Below, piece after piece: positions 19,545 to 30,600 of a stretch of DNA of 64,000 nt; positions within the stretch are counted from its first letter, which is position 1, and each line of letters opens with the position of its first letter. Source of the stretch: an uncultured Chloroflexia bacterium (GTDB lineage Bacteria; Chloroflexota; Dehalococcoidia; UBA2979); contig CAVSIV010000006.1 in assembly GCA_963728205.1 (NCBI GenBank), forward strand, positions 736,001 through 800,000, given 5' to 3'. A program made the translations under genes and the position numbers. Under the pieces are notes generated by a model. It did not search any database, had not been told where the DNA came from, and saw only the letters and a list, made by a program, of their open reading frames with translations.

Positions 19545-19613
19545 GCCGTCTTCCCCTCAGGTGCGCTCGGGACAACGGTGGCGAGTATACGCATCCGTCC
19601 GCCGCCATCGCCC

Positions 19614-19649
19614 GGGCTGCGCGGGTTGCGCGGGTTGCGCGGGTTGCGC
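19614..19649. repeat. 4 x 9-bp tandem repeat (GGGYTGCGC)
   Basis: GGGCTGCGC GGGTTGCGC GGGTTGCGC GGGTTGCGC, intergenic. Confidence 0.7.
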
Positions 19650-19688
19650 GGCATGCTCAGCCCGCTCACACGGGGCCGTTCGCCCCGG

Positions 19689-20402
19689 CTACTGGATGTC
19701 CGCGGGTGTGATCGTGAACAGCGTGCGGCAGTGGTCGCCGGCCGCCACCTGGTGAGCGAGGTACCAGCCATCGGGCGCCTCGATGGCGAACTCGTAGGGG
19801 CGCGGCGGCTTGTGCACGTCGAGCGACTCGGCCTGCATCTGGTCGACCTCGATCACGACGCCGCTGGTGTCGATGAACGCGATGTCGAGGTTGATGTGCG
19901 TGTTCTTCATCCAGAAGCCGGCGTTGCCTTTGGCGTCCGGGTAGTAGAAGAGCATGCCCCGGCCCTCGAGCGTGGAGCGGCCGGAGAGCCCGATGCCGTA
20001 CTCCGAGACCCTCGGGACCTCGACGGGGAGGGTCACCGTTGTGCCGTCCGCGCGCGTGAACTCCACGACCGGGAGCTGATCGGTGGGGATGGCGGCGGTG
20101 GAGGCGACGCGTTCGCCGCTGGGTGTCGCGGTACCCGTGGGGGCGGTCGTGGGAGCCGCGGTGGCGGTCGTGGGAGCCGCGGTGGTGGCGGCGGTCGTCG
20201 CCGGCGAGGCTGAGGCGGCGGCCCTCGGCGGAGCGGCGGTCGTCGCCGCGCGCACCGGCGACGCGGGTGAGGACGCCGATGGCGTGGCCGTCGCGGACGA
20301 GCCGCTGCAGGCCGCGAGCGTCAGCGACGCGAGCGCGAGCACGCACGCCAGGAGGCGGCGGGCCGAGCGGAGGCGAGTCGCGATGCTGCGGGGCACGGAC
20401 AC
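19689..20402 (-). CDS. DUF192-domain lipoprotein
   Basis: Lipobox LAAC, Ala/Thr/Pro linker, GLSGR..GMLF..FWMKNTHINLDIAFID; start approximate. Confidence 0.8.
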   Translation of the reverse strand: MSVPRSIATRLRSARRLLACVLALASLTLAACSGSSATATPSASSPASPVRAATTAAPPRAAASASPATTAATTAAPTTATAAPTTAPTGTATPSGERVASTAAIPTDQLPVVEFTRADGTTVTLPVEVPRVSEYGIGLSGRSTLEGRGMLFYYPDAKGNAGFWMKNTHINLDIAFIDTSGVVIEVDQMQAESLDVHKPPRPYEFAIEAPDGWYLAHQVAAGDHCRTLFTITPADIQ

Positions 20403-20465
20403 GATGGTAGAGAGGCGCGCCGTCGATTGACAACGTGGCGAGGGGCCTGACACGCTCAGAATCCG

Positions 20466-21269
20466 ATGCCCAACCGCACGCTGGACGTGGCGCTGCGTCT
20501 CTGGCCGCAGGCCCGGGACGCCGGCACCATCGACGACCCGTCGGACCTCGACGCCCTGCTGGAGACGCAGGGTCAACCCGGCGCGCCCGCGTTCGAGGCG
20601 GGCGTGCGGGGCACGTTCGCGTGCTTCCTCCCCGGCGAGGAAGCCACGCTCACGCTGCCGACCGGCGAGCAGACCGCGTCGGACGCGGAGGCGCGCTTCG
20701 TCGGCCACCTGCTCGTCACGCGCACGCTGCTCGCCGCCGGCCTCCACGTCGACGACCGCGTGACCGCCGCGATGGCCGACGCCTACGCGCTGTCGTGGAC
20801 CGCGCGCGACAGCACCCGCTACGGCCAGACGCCGCTCGCGCTCGCGACGTCGCTCTGGCTCATCGCCCTCGACCCGGCCGGCGCGTCGGACCACCCGCTC
20901 CCGATCGACTGGAGCCCCGCGTGCTTCGCCGACGCCGAGCGCTGGGATCTCGGGTACCGGCTGTTCTCGCACTACGACATCCGCGAGCGCGCCATCGACT
21001 GGGCGACGTTCGTCAGCGCGGCGCCGGGGCGGCACGAGGGCGTGTCGGTGTTCGCGATCGTGGAGCCGCTGCTGCGGCTCGGCCAGGACGCGCGGGTGCG
21101 GATCGCGCTCGCGGCGCTGAGCGAGGCGGCGGAACGTTCCGGCGGGCGTGCGCCCGCCGCGGCGATGCTCGAGCGCGGTCGCATCGCCGCGCTGCTGCAG
21201 GCGTTCGTACGCGACGTGGTGCGCCGCCCCGCCGGCGGCCCCGAGAACCGCCCCCGACCGCAGGTATAG
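20466..21269 (+). CDS. hypothetical protein
   Basis: 267-aa ORF with typical high-GC codon pattern; no motif recognised. Confidence 0.65.
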   Translation: MPNRTLDVALRLWPQARDAGTIDDPSDLDALLETQGQPGAPAFEAGVRGTFACFLPGEEATLTLPTGEQTASDAEARFVGHLLVTRTLLAAGLHVDDRVTAAMADAYALSWTARDSTRYGQTPLALATSLWLIALDPAGASDHPLPIDWSPACFADAERWDLGYRLFSHYDIRERAIDWATFVSAAPGRHEGVSVFAIVEPLLRLGQDARVRIALAALSEAAERSGGRAPAAAMLERGRIAALLQAFVRDVVRRPAGGPENRPRPQV

Positions 21270-21301
21270 GCGGGCCCGCTCCGGAACGGCGCTGACGTGC
21301 G

Positions 21302-21445
21302 CCTCAGCGGCGGCAGACGTGCCACCTCAGCGGCGGCGGACGCCGCCGACAGGACGGCGGCGTCCGCCGCCGATTCGCGCGCGGGTTCCACCGCCCGGCG
21401 GCCCTGCCGCCGGAACTGTCGGCGGCATGTCTGCCGCCGCTGAGG
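21302..21445. repeat. REP-1 composite doublet between convergent genes
   Basis: CCTCAGCGGCGGCAGACGTGCC (partial, from 21302), internal variant CCTCAGCGGCGGCGGACGCCGCCGAC, full minus copy 21418-21442 followed by AGG. Confidence 0.85.
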
Positions 21446-21530
21446 CGGCGTGTGCCATGTCGAGTCGCGTCGGGATGGGTCGCGACGGCAACGGCAGCGG
21501 GAAGCGAGCGCGGCCGCTCGCCCGAGGCGG

Positions 21531-21995
21531 TCAGTCCGCCGCGACGCGCCCGGCCGAGTCTTCACCCAGCGCCGACTCCGGCTCGCCGGGGATCTCGGTG
21601 TCGCCGAGGTTCACGTTTGCGATCTCGTTGATGCGCTCGAGCACCGTGAGCAACTCACGGTCGTCGTCCTTCGCCATGTCCGGGATGTGGTAGCCGCCGA
21701 ACGCGTCGACCACCGTCTTGTGGTCGTCGATCACGAAGTCCGGCACGACCGGCACGCCGAAGGTCTTCAGCCGCTCGTGGTGATCCTCGAGCGGCTTGAT
21801 GAAGTAGTCGGTGATGTACTCGTCGAGGTCGTGGCGCTTCATGTCCCAGCGCCGGATGCCGACGCCCGACCAGATGTAGATCGTGTGTCCGGCTTCGCGC
21901 AGGGACTCGAAGACCTCGCGCGTGTGGTTGCGCAGCTTGCCGTTCCACATGATCAGCGTGTTGTCGACGTCGAAGAAGATGTTCAACTTGCGCAC
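21531..21995 (-). CDS. small HAD-superfamily hydrolase
   Basis: IFFDVDNTL (motif I), IYIWS (motif II), FVIDD (motif IV). Confidence 0.8.
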   Translation of the reverse strand: MRKLNIFFDVDNTLIMWNGKLRNHTREVFESLREAGHTIYIWSGVGIRRWDMKRHDLDEYITDYFIKPLEDHHERLKTFGVPVVPDFVIDDHKTVVDAFGGYHIPDMAKDDDRELLTVLERINEIANVNLGDTEIPGEPESALGEDSAGRVAAD

Positions 21996-22091
21996 GGGGT
22001 GTTGGGGCTCTCCTTCGCGGACGGCCGTCGAGGGGCGATCCGTGGGTGCTCGGTGGGCGGGACCGTCAGGCGAGTCTAACCCGCCGGACGG

Positions 22092-22874
22092 CTACGCCGG
22101 GACGCCCGCGTGCTTGCCGATGAACGCGCCCACGGCCTGGTTGTACGCGAGCGCGTCCTCGAAGTAGACGGAGTGCCCGAGGCCCGGGAACTCGCGGTAC
22201 TCGGAGCCGGGAACCAGCTCGTGGACGCGGCGGATGATCGCCGGCGGCGTCAGCGCGTCCTCGCCGCCCACGATGAACAGCGTCGGCACCGTCAGGCGCG
22301 ACACGCGCTCGCGGTCGGGCGCGCCGCCGACGGGCATGCCGGTCGCGGCGTCGCGCGGCGGGTTGAGCCCGGCGATCTGGCGGTAGAGGAACGTGCGCGC
22401 CGCCTGGCTCGCCTGGAATGAGGCGCCGAGCGCTCGCTCGGCCAGCGGCGTGTCCTGCCCCGGCGCCTGCTCACGCAGGCGCCGCGCTTCGTCCTGCAGC
22501 TCCGGCCAGTCGAAGAAGCCCCACGTGTCGCACATCACCAGCGCCGTCACGCGCTGGGGGTGGTCGACGGTGAACCCGAGCGCCGTGCGCCCGCCCATCG
22601 ACTGCGCGACGAGCGCCGCGCGGTCGATCTGCAGTTCATCGAGCAGCAGCTCGAGGTCGCGCACGAACTCCGTCGCGCCCTTCTGCTCGGGGTCCGTCGA
22701 GCTGCCGAAGCCGCGGTGGTCGATCGTGACGCAGCGGTAGCGGTCGCGGAACGCCGGCACCTGCTGCCACCACGACAGGTGGTTGCCGGCGGCCCCGTGC
22801 AGGAAGACCACGGCCGGTCCCTCGCCGTGGCTCTCGTAGTACAGGTCGATCCCGTTGAGCTGGGCGATCGGCAT
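22092..22874 (-). CDS. alpha/beta fold hydrolase
   Basis: FLHGAAGN, DHRGFGSS, AQSMGG, GHSVYFE. Confidence 0.9.
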   Translation of the reverse strand: MPIAQLNGIDLYYESHGEGPAVVFLHGAAGNHLSWWQQVPAFRDRYRCVTIDHRGFGSSTDPEQKGATEFVRDLELLLDELQIDRAALVAQSMGGRTALGFTVDHPQRVTALVMCDTWGFFDWPELQDEARRLREQAPGQDTPLAERALGASFQASQAARTFLYRQIAGLNPPRDAATGMPVGGAPDRERVSRLTVPTLFIVGGEDALTPPAIIRRVHELVPGSEYREFPGLGHSVYFEDALAYNQAVGAFIGKHAGVPA

Positions 22875-22877
22875 GGC

Positions 22878-23894
22878 TCACTCCTCCCGGGCGGCTTCCT
22901 CGGGCGGCAGCACGCACGAGGTGAACGTGAAGGCGAAGGCGGCGAGCCCGTCGGACTCGGTCTCGAGCACGAGTGAGCGGCGCTCGACCTCGTCGCTGCG
23001 GACGAGACTGTACATGCGCGGGGCGTCGACGTGGACGGTGCCGTCGGCGGCGACGTCCTCGCCCGCGAGGTCGCCCGGCGGCGCGCCGTCGACGCGCACG
23101 CGGAGTGTGCCGGAGCCCCCGGCCATCGGCGGGTGCAGCACGAGGTTGACGTCCGCGGCCATGGAGTCGAGGTGGATGCGGCTCGGGTGCGACGCGCCGA
23201 ACGGCCGCGCGGCGCTCTCGGCCTGCAGCAGCCAGTCGCCCTCGAGGTAGAGCGTGCCGTCCATGTGCTTGCCGGGGTCGGTGAAGGTCATCGGGCGGTC
23301 GGGCGTGACGGTGCCGACGTTGCCGAGGCGGCCGCGCGCATAGCCGCAGTAGAGCTCGGGCGTGACGTGGTAGCAGACCGCGCCGGGCCCGTCCTCCGGT
23401 CGCACCGGCTCCATGATCTCGGGGAGCGGCGTCGCGAAGCCGGGCTGCTCGGCGAGCAGGTGCTGGATCAGCTGCTCGGACTCGCCGTAGGCGCCCTCGC
23501 CGAAGTGGCGCGCCTTGATCTTGCCGTCGACGCCGACGAAGTACTTCGCGGGCCAGTACTTGTTCGCGTAGGCCTGCCAGATCTTGTACTCGTTGTCGAG
23601 GACGACCGGGTAGTCGATGGCCTGCGCCGCGACGGCGCGACGCACGTGATCGGCGTTGCGCGCGAAGCCGAACTCCGGCGTGTGCACGCCGACGATCACG
23701 AGCCCGTGATCGGCGTAGCGGCGGTGCCACTCGGTGAGGTACGGCAGCGTGCGCAGGCAGTTCACGCAGGTGTAGTCCCAGAAGTCGACGAGGACGACCT
23801 TCCCCGAGCCGCGCACGGCGACGGGTCCGCCCTGGAGCCACTCGCCGCCCGTGAACTCGGGGGCATAGACCGGCCCCTGCTCCTCCTGCGTCAT
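22878..23894 (-). CDS. redoxin/thioredoxin-fold protein (DipZ C-terminal-like)
   Basis: VLVDFWDYTCVNC, GVHTPEF, HFGEGAY, TPELY, AFAFTF. Confidence 0.88.
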   Translation of the reverse strand: MTQEEQGPVYAPEFTGGEWLQGGPVAVRGSGKVVLVDFWDYTCVNCLRTLPYLTEWHRRYADHGLVIVGVHTPEFGFARNADHVRRAVAAQAIDYPVVLDNEYKIWQAYANKYWPAKYFVGVDGKIKARHFGEGAYGESEQLIQHLLAEQPGFATPLPEIMEPVRPEDGPGAVCYHVTPELYCGYARGRLGNVGTVTPDRPMTFTDPGKHMDGTLYLEGDWLLQAESAARPFGASHPSRIHLDSMAADVNLVLHPPMAGGSGTLRVRVDGAPPGDLAGEDVAADGTVHVDAPRMYSLVRSDEVERRSLVLETESDGLAAFAFTFTSCVLPPEEAAREE

Positions 23895-24058
23895 CGGCGC
23901 GTCCTCTCCCTGCGGGCGAGTGTACGACGGGACCCCGTCGCCGGCGGCGCCGGACACGCCGTCGATATCGGTCGGCGTGCGGGCTTCGACCCACGCGTTG
24001 CGGGCACGCCGGTCGAGCCATGTCGCGCTCGCCACGGCCCGCGGCCTTCGTCGCATAC

Positions 24059-24073
24059 TAACGCTTGTCGTTA
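24059..24073. promoter_or_regulatory. putative HigA operator palindrome
   Basis: TAACG-CTTGT-CGTTA in an AT-richer patch directly upstream of higB. Confidence 0.55.
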
Positions 24074-24099
24074 TTATCGCGGCGCGTTACGCTTGCGCC

Positions 24100-24384
24100 G
24101 TGATTGGGAGCTTCCGGGACCGAGACGCTGAGCGCCTGTTCGCGCGTCAGTCCGTTCGGAGATGGTCGCCTGAACTGCAGCGGGTTGCGCTTCGGAAGTT
24201 GCGGATGCTCGACGCCGCGGAACGTCTCGACGACCTGCGCGTGCCACCGGGGAATCGCCTGGAACGACTGAGTGGGGACCGCGCCCGGCAGCGCAGCATT
24301 CGCATCAACGACCGGTGGCGAATCTGCTTCCGCTGGCGGTCGGGGGACGCATACGAGGTTGAGATCGTTGACTACCACGTGTGA
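24100..24384 (+). CDS. higB: type II TA toxin HigB (RelE/ParE superfamily, killer-protein type)
   Basis: MIGSFRD..., LRVPPGNRLERLSGDR, SIRINDRWRICFRW, EIVDYH. Confidence 0.93.
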   Translation: MIGSFRDRDAERLFARQSVRRWSPELQRVALRKLRMLDAAERLDDLRVPPGNRLERLSGDRARQRSIRINDRWRICFRWRSGDAYEVEIVDYHV

Positions 24385-24393
24385 GGCGATGTG

Positions 24394-24693
24394 ATGACAG
24401 TCAAGAAGCTTGCGCCGATCCACCCGGGTGAAGTGCTACTCGAAGAGTTCCTGAAGCCGATGGGGATGAGCCAGTACCGACTCGCGACCGACATCAGCGT
24501 GCCACCGCGTCGGATCAACGAGATCGTTCACCACACGAGAGGGATCTCCGCGGATACCGCACTGCGGCTCTCCCGTTACTTCGGGACCACGGAGCGCTTC
24601 TGGCTCAACCTGCAGGCGCAATACGATCTCGACGTGGAGCGCGACCGTCTTGGTGATCGGCTCGACCGGGAGGTCATCAAGAGGGCGGGCTGA
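24394..24693 (+). CDS. higA: type II TA antitoxin HigA (Xre HTH)
   Basis: PIHPGEVLLEEFLKP, RRINEI, ISADTALRLSRYFGTTERFWLNLQ. Confidence 0.94.
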   Translation: MTVKKLAPIHPGEVLLEEFLKPMGMSQYRLATDISVPPRRINEIVHHTRGISADTALRLSRYFGTTERFWLNLQAQYDLDVERDRLGDRLDREVIKRAG

Positions 24694-24825
24694 GAGCCCT
24701 CGCTGGCTTCGGCGATCACCCGCCCGCGCAACGCAGCACCAGGAACGGTGCGCATGCCGAGGCGCTCTCCCCGGGTTCCCGCGCACGCAAGACGGCTGCC
24801 CCTCGGCGCGGATGCACGTTCATCG

Positions 24826-25047
24826 CTACGGGCGGTCGACGGCCTCCGGGGGTTCCACGGCGGCAGCCCGGCGGCCAAACGGAGCGAAGCTGCTCCAGAA
24901 CAGCAGCGACAACGCGACGCCTGCGAGTCCGACGGCGATCAGGATCGCGCCCACGATCTTGATGTCGATGCCGGCGATCGTGTAGTTCACCGCCCACGCG
25001 AGGATCGCGCCGACGGCGACGAGAAACAGACTGAATCCGATGCTCAT
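24826..25047 (-). CDS. small two-TM membrane protein (DUF6458-like)
   Basis: MSIGFSLFLVAVGAILAWAV...IDIKIVGAILIAVG; GGAGAG RBS. Confidence 0.7.
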   Translation of the reverse strand: MSIGFSLFLVAVGAILAWAVNYTIAGIDIKIVGAILIAVGLAGVALSLLFWSSFAPFGRRAAAVEPPEAVDRP

Positions 25048-25186
25048 GGTTCCGCTCTCCATTTCGGGCCGCTGCACGCGGGCAGTTCGGCATCACCGAT
25101 CGTCCGTCGGAGGACGGTCGTCTGGTCCTGCAGCCGTCGATCTCCGTCCGGCGCCCGCGCGGCCGAGGGCGAAGCCGGCATCGCGC

Positions 25187-25471
25187 CTAGATCGCGCTGC
25201 GCCGGCCGCCGCCGCTCGCCAGCATGCGGAATACGAAGATCACCAGGATCGCGCCGCCCGCCGCGATGGCGATGCTGCGAGGGTTGAACCCCGTGACGTC
25301 CCCAAAGCCGAGTGCGGTGCTGATGAACCCGCCGACGATTGCCCCGGCCACGCCGAGCACCGCTGCCAGCACGAGGCGTCGCAACCCGATGCCACCGGGC
25401 CCTCCGCCCAGCACGAACTCCGCGAGCAAGCCCGCGACCAGTCCAACGAGAACCCACGTGAAGAAACCCAC
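25187..25471 (-). CDS. GlsB/YeaQ/YmgE family stress-response membrane protein
   Basis: WVLVGLVAGLLAEFVL, LGVAGAIVGGFI, GDVTGFN, AAGGAILV; GGGAGG RBS. Confidence 0.88.
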   Translation of the reverse strand: MGFFTWVLVGLVAGLLAEFVLGGGPGGIGLRRLVLAAVLGVAGAIVGGFISTALGFGDVTGFNPRSIAIAAGGAILVIFVFRMLASGGGRRSAI

Positions 25472-25520
25472 GTCCCGCGCCTCCCTGCCAATCCGACCCG
25501 GACCATCGTCAGTCCGAGGC

Positions 25521-25536
25521 GTCACGCGAGCGTTAC
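25521..25536 (-). promoter_or_regulatory. GTNAC-N6-GTNAC box upstream of the GlsB-family gene
   Basis: Minus strand GTAACGCTCGCGTGAC, 10 nt before -10-like GACGAT; one mismatch from the box at 37202. Confidence 0.6.
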
Positions 25537-25901
25537 GCGCGACCCGTTCACTCGTGTCGGGACGAGACGCGTTGCGTCCGTCTCTCGCGGCGTCGGCGCC
25601 CCGCGCCCTGCGGCCGGGGCTCCGAGCACGGCGACCTCGTCGCGGACGTCGTGGAGCCGGGCGCGTTCAGTCGAGCGGGCATTGCGGCATGCGCGCAGCG
25701 GCGCGATGCCAGAATGCGTCGCCGTCGGCATGCGCTTGGTGATCGGGGTCGTGCGTGGCCTGCGGCCGTGCGACGGTCGGCCGTCTACCCGGGCGGCGGC
25801 GCCGAAGCCAGTACCGTTCCCAGTACGTCATGTCTGCCATCGCGCGTCTCCCATCGCAGTGCGTTGATGGATCCCCATTGCGGCGCCGCGGCGGAACGTG
25901 G

Positions 25902-26261
25902 TCACGACCGGCCGGCCGCGCCGCGCGCCTCCGCCGGCTCGACCGCCGTGCGGTTTCGCGCGGCGGACGACGGTGCCGGTGCCGGTGCGGGTGCCGGTGC
26001 GGCGAGGCCGACTTCGAGCCGCGCGTCGCCGAGTCGATGCCCGTTCAGCGCGGCGATCGCCTTCGCCGCCGCTCCGGGCGTCATGTCGACGTACGCGATC
26101 GCGCCGGGACGCCGCGTCGCCGCGTGGACCGGGCGCATGTAGCCGAGCACCTCCCCATGCGGCAGGAGCAGCGAGCGGATCGTCGCCTCCGTGGCGCCAT
26201 CGGGCAGGTTGCCGATCTGGACTCTCTGGCGTTGCTCGCCACGCGTCAGCTGATCAACCAA
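25902..26261 (-). CDS. RRM-domain RNA-binding protein
   Basis: RNP2-like VQIGNLP, RNP1-like AIAYVDM, AIAALNGHRLGDARLEV. Confidence 0.75.
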   Translation of the reverse strand: MVDQLTRGEQRQRVQIGNLPDGATEATIRSLLLPHGEVLGYMRPVHAATRRPGAIAYVDMTPGAAAKAIAALNGHRLGDARLEVGLAAPAPAPAPAPSSAARNRTAVEPAEARGAAGRS

Positions 26262-26385
26262 GGGACGTCTCTCTCCCCGACGGCGGGCGGCGTCGGCAGG
26301 CCGGCGCGCGGTGCCCGCGATCGGTGTTGCGGCGTGTTCCGGGCGAGGTCGAACTCCGCGGCATCACCAGCCTCGGCCATGGGCT

Positions 26386-26401
26386 GTGACGCGAGCGTGA
26401 C
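26386..26401 (-). promoter_or_regulatory. GTNAC-N6-GTNAC box upstream of the first RRM gene
   Basis: Minus strand GTCACGCTCGCGTCAC, 11 nt before GAGGCT. Confidence 0.55.
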
Positions 26402-26622
26402 AACCGCGATCTCAGCCTCGGGGCGGATGCACGAGGCGAACGCGGCCGGGATCGCGGCCGGTCGGGGTCGGGGTCATTCGGGGGTGGCGGATGAGGGCGC
26501 GTGGGCGCGTGCCGTCGGTAACTGCCCGGGATCCCACCAGAGCGACGGGCACGCGCAGGGAGTCGCACTCCCGGGTCAGGCGGCTGAGGTGCTCGAGATC
26601 CTCGACCGCCCGGCGGGATCGA

Positions 26623-26904
26623 CTAGGCGCGCGGCCGCGCCTCGCTCACCTTGAGCGCCTGTCCGCCAAGCTCGTGGCCGTCGACCGCCTTGATCGCGTT
26701 GGGGGCATCCGCCTGCGACATCACCACGAACGCGTAGCCCGCCGGGGACTTGGCGGGGTCCTCCGAGGGGCGCTCATACGAGGTGACGGCGCCGTGCACC
26801 GCGAAGAGCGCACGGACGTCCGCCTCGCTCGCGCTCGGCGCGAGATTGCCGAAGTGAATCCGCTGGGTCGCCTTGGAGTCGATAGTCTGCTCAGTCAATG
26901 ACAC
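26623..26904 (-). CDS. RRM-domain RNA-binding protein
   Basis: IHFGNL (RNP2), GYAFVVM (RNP1), AIKAVDGHELGGQALKVSEARPR; start approximate. Confidence 0.85.
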   Translation of the reverse strand: MSLTEQTIDSKATQRIHFGNLAPSASEADVRALFAVHGAVTSYERPSEDPAKSPAGYAFVVMSQADAPNAIKAVDGHELGGQALKVSEARPRA

Positions 26905-27671
26905 ACTCTTCCATCCGGACAAGCCGGAATACGAGCGCTGTCCCATGTTGGGACGGCGCTTCATCCGAGTCTCGAATCTCAGGAGCCGATACGTGTGGGG
27001 GACGTGCCTGCGGCGGAGCATGAGGCGCGCACTTCGGGTGCGCTATGGATCACGGTAGCACCGCGACGGTACCGGCGCGCGTCGGCGTGATGCGGGAATC
27101 ATCGCATCGTCGACATGAATGCCGCAGCATTCGTCGCGCACTGGGTCTGCGATTTCGCGGGCGCGTTCTCGTCGCGAATGCCTCGGGGCCGGACGTCGCA
27201 CCCCGGATGTGACGGCGGCGACACGCAGGCACCCGGCCGCGCGCTCGCGGTCCGTGCCGGTGCGACGAACCGTGGTACGGTGAGAGCCGGCGCGTTCCAG
27301 ACGCGCACCTCAGATTCCCCTCAGCCGGCACGTCCCGCACACGTTCCCCCTCTCGAGAATCTGAGCTCGGAAGGCGCCCGGTCCGGATGGACCGGGGCGT
27401 TGATGCCGGGCATCGCCCGGCCGGAAGAGCCGCCCGTCACCATCGCCGTCCGCCGGTTGAGCGCTTCCCGCCGCGGCGAGCGTCGGACGTGCGCACCCGG
27501 CTTTCGGCCGGCGATCCGGTGCACGCGCGGCGCGCGCCGCGTCCACCCAGGCAAGAGGCAGAGGAGTCCGACCATGGCCGATGTCATGGCTGAGCGCGTA
27601 CGTCGCGCGTCGCGGCTCACGCTGAGCGCGCCGCCGGCGACATCCGCCGCCTCGCACCTCGCGGCAGGAGC

Positions 27672-30600
27672 ATGACCGCGATTCGCTCTGCCATCAGCCG
27701 TTCGGCCCCGGCTTCGCCGTGGGACAGTCGAGAGCCCATTCGCCAGGAGCTCTTCGGCGTCGACCGCCTCGAACGGCACGCGCGGAGCCTCGCGGCGGCG
27801 CAGCCGGTGACGGCGAAGCCCGCGCGGGGCCACTCGCTGACGGCGCGGCTCGCCGACAACGCGGCCGTCCTGGTCGCGGCGCATCGCGACATTGCCGCGG
27901 CGGTCGACGCGGGACAGGCGATCACCCCGGCGGCAGAGTGGCTGCTCGACAACTACTACCTGGTCGAAGCGCACATCCGCCAGATGCCGGTCGCCCTGCC
28001 GCGGGGCTACTACCGGCAGCTGCCGAAGCTCGCCGACGGCCCGTTTGCCGGGTACCCGCGCGTGTTCGGCCTGGCCTGGGCCTTCGTCGCCCACACGGAC
28101 AGCCGGTTCGAACCCGAGATGCTGTGCCGCTACGTGCAGGCCTACCAGCAGGTCCAGCCGCTCACGATCGGCGAGCTCTGGGCGGTGGCGATCACGCTGC
28201 GCATCGTGCTCGTCGAGGATCTCCGGCGCCTCGCCGAGCGAACCGTGAACGGCAGCGCCGCGCGGCAGGAGGCGGACGCTGTCGCCGACCGCCTGCTGGG
28301 TGTCGGGGGACGCTCCGCGGAATCGGTGGCCGTGGTGCTCGCCGAACACGGGCGCGCCCCGCTGCCCGAGGCGTTCGCCGTGCAACTCGCCCTGCGGCTG
28401 CGCGACCAGGATCCGCAGATCACCCCCGCGTTGACGTGGCTCGACGAGCGCCTCGCCGCGCAGGGGACGACGACCGACGCGGCCGTCCACGACGAGCACC
28501 AGAGCAGCGGCGTCGCGAACGTCACGGTGCGCAACATCATCACGAGCATGCGCCTGATCGCCGAGGTGGACTGGACCGAGCTGTTCGAGCGGATGAGCCT
28601 CGTCCACTCGGCGCTGGCGGCCGGCCCGGGATTCTCGGACATGGACTTCCCGACGCGGAACCTCTACCGCAGCGCGGTCGAGCAGCTGGCGCGCGGGTCG
28701 CACCACACAGAGCTCGACGTCGCGCAGAGCGCCGTGCTGGCGGCAGCCCGAGCCGCTCCCGCAGCCGAGCGCGACGCGCCGCGCGAGGGCGATGCCGGCT
28801 ATTACCTCGTCGGCGGAGGACGTCGCGACTTCGAAGCGGTCGATGGGCGTCCGGCCCCCGCTGCGCCTCCGCGTCGGTCGCCTGAGCCGCTCGCTCGGCA
28901 TCGGCGGCTATATCGGCGCCATCGCTCTCGTCGCCGCGGCGCTCCTCGCCATCCCGTTGTCCGCGCTGGCCGCGGAGGGCCTCGGCGTTCGGTGGCTGAG
29001 CGTGCTCGGTGTGCTGGGCGCGATCCCCGCGATCGACGCGGCCGTCGCGCTGGTGAACCGCATCGTCGCGCGCGGCTTCGGCGCAACCCTCCTGCCCGGC
29101 GCTGGAACTCCGCGACGGCGTTCCGCAGCGCCTGCGCACGCTCGTCGCGGTGCCGACCTGCTCACGACGCCGGAGGCGGTCGAGGAGCAGATTGAGCGCC
29201 TGGAGATCCACCACCTCGCGAGCGCGGACGGCGACCTGCACTTCGCCTTGCTCTCCGACTGGGTCGACGCCGACACCGAGCACGACGAGCGCGACGACGC
29301 CCTGCTCGCCGCCGCGGCAGCCGGGATCGCGCAGCTCAACCGGCGTTACGGCCCGGCGCCGGCCGGCGACCGCTTCCTGCTGCTCCATCGCCGACGCGTC
29401 TGGAACCAGGGCGAAGGGCGCTGGATCGGCTGGGAGCGGAAGCGCGGCAAGCTCCACGAGTTGAACCGGCTGCTGCGCGGCGCGACCGACACCACGTTCC
29501 TGGACGTCCACGGGCAACCGCCGGCCGTGCCGCCGGACGTCCGGTACGTGATCACGCTCGACGCCGACACCCGGCTGCCGCGGGAGACCGTGCGCCGCCT
29601 GATCGGAAAGATGGCGCATCCGCTCAACCGGCCCCGCCTCGACGCCGTCGCCGGCAGGGTCGTGGAGGGCTATGCGGTGCTCCAGCCGCGTGTCACGCCG
29701 TCGCTGCCGGTGGGGCGCGAGGGCTCGCTCTTCCAGCGCATCTTCTCCAGCATGAGCGGCATCGACCCCTACGCCTCCGCCGTCTCGGACGTGTACCAGG
29801 ACCTCTTCGGCGAAGGCTCCTACACCGGCAAGGGCATCTACGACGTCGACGCCTTCGAGGCGGCGCTCGCCGGCCGGGTCCCGGACTCTACGCTGCTCAG
29901 CCACGACCTGTTCGAAGGCGTGTTCGCCCGCGCCGGCCTCGCCTCCGACGTCGAGGTCGTCGAGGAGTTCCCCGCGCGCTACGACGTCGCGGCCGTGCGT
30001 CACCACCGCTGGGCGCGGGGCGACTGGCAGCTGCTGCCGTGGATCATCGGGCGCGGGCGCGGGACCGGGCCGGCGGGCGGGCCGCGAGCGCGACGCGATC
30101 CCGGCGATCGGCCGCTGGAAGATGCTCGACAACCTGCGGCGGACGCTGTCGGCGCCCGCCGCGGTCGCGGCCCTGGTGGCCGGGATGCGCCCTGCCGCTC
30201 GCGGGCGCTGTCCACCTGGATCGCGTTCGTCCTCGTCGACGATCGTGATGCCGACGCTGATCCCGATCGTCGGCACCATCGTGCCGCGCCGCCCCGGGAT
30301 CACGGCGCGCAGCCAGCTGCGAGCGCTCGGCGACGATCTCCGCCTCGCCGCGACGCTGTCGGTCCTGCTGATCGCCTTCCTCGCTCACCAGGCGTGGCTG
30401 ATGAGCGACGCGATCGGACGCACCCGTCGTGCGCATGTGCGTCACCCACCGGCACCTGCTGGAATGGGTGCCGAACGGCCCAGGCCGCGATCGATCCGCG
30501 GCTCGGGCTGATCGGCTTCTACCGCCGGATGGCCGCCGCGCCGATCGTCGCCGCGGTCGCGGTCGCCGTCGCCGCGCTGTGGGGGCATGGGACGTGGCCG

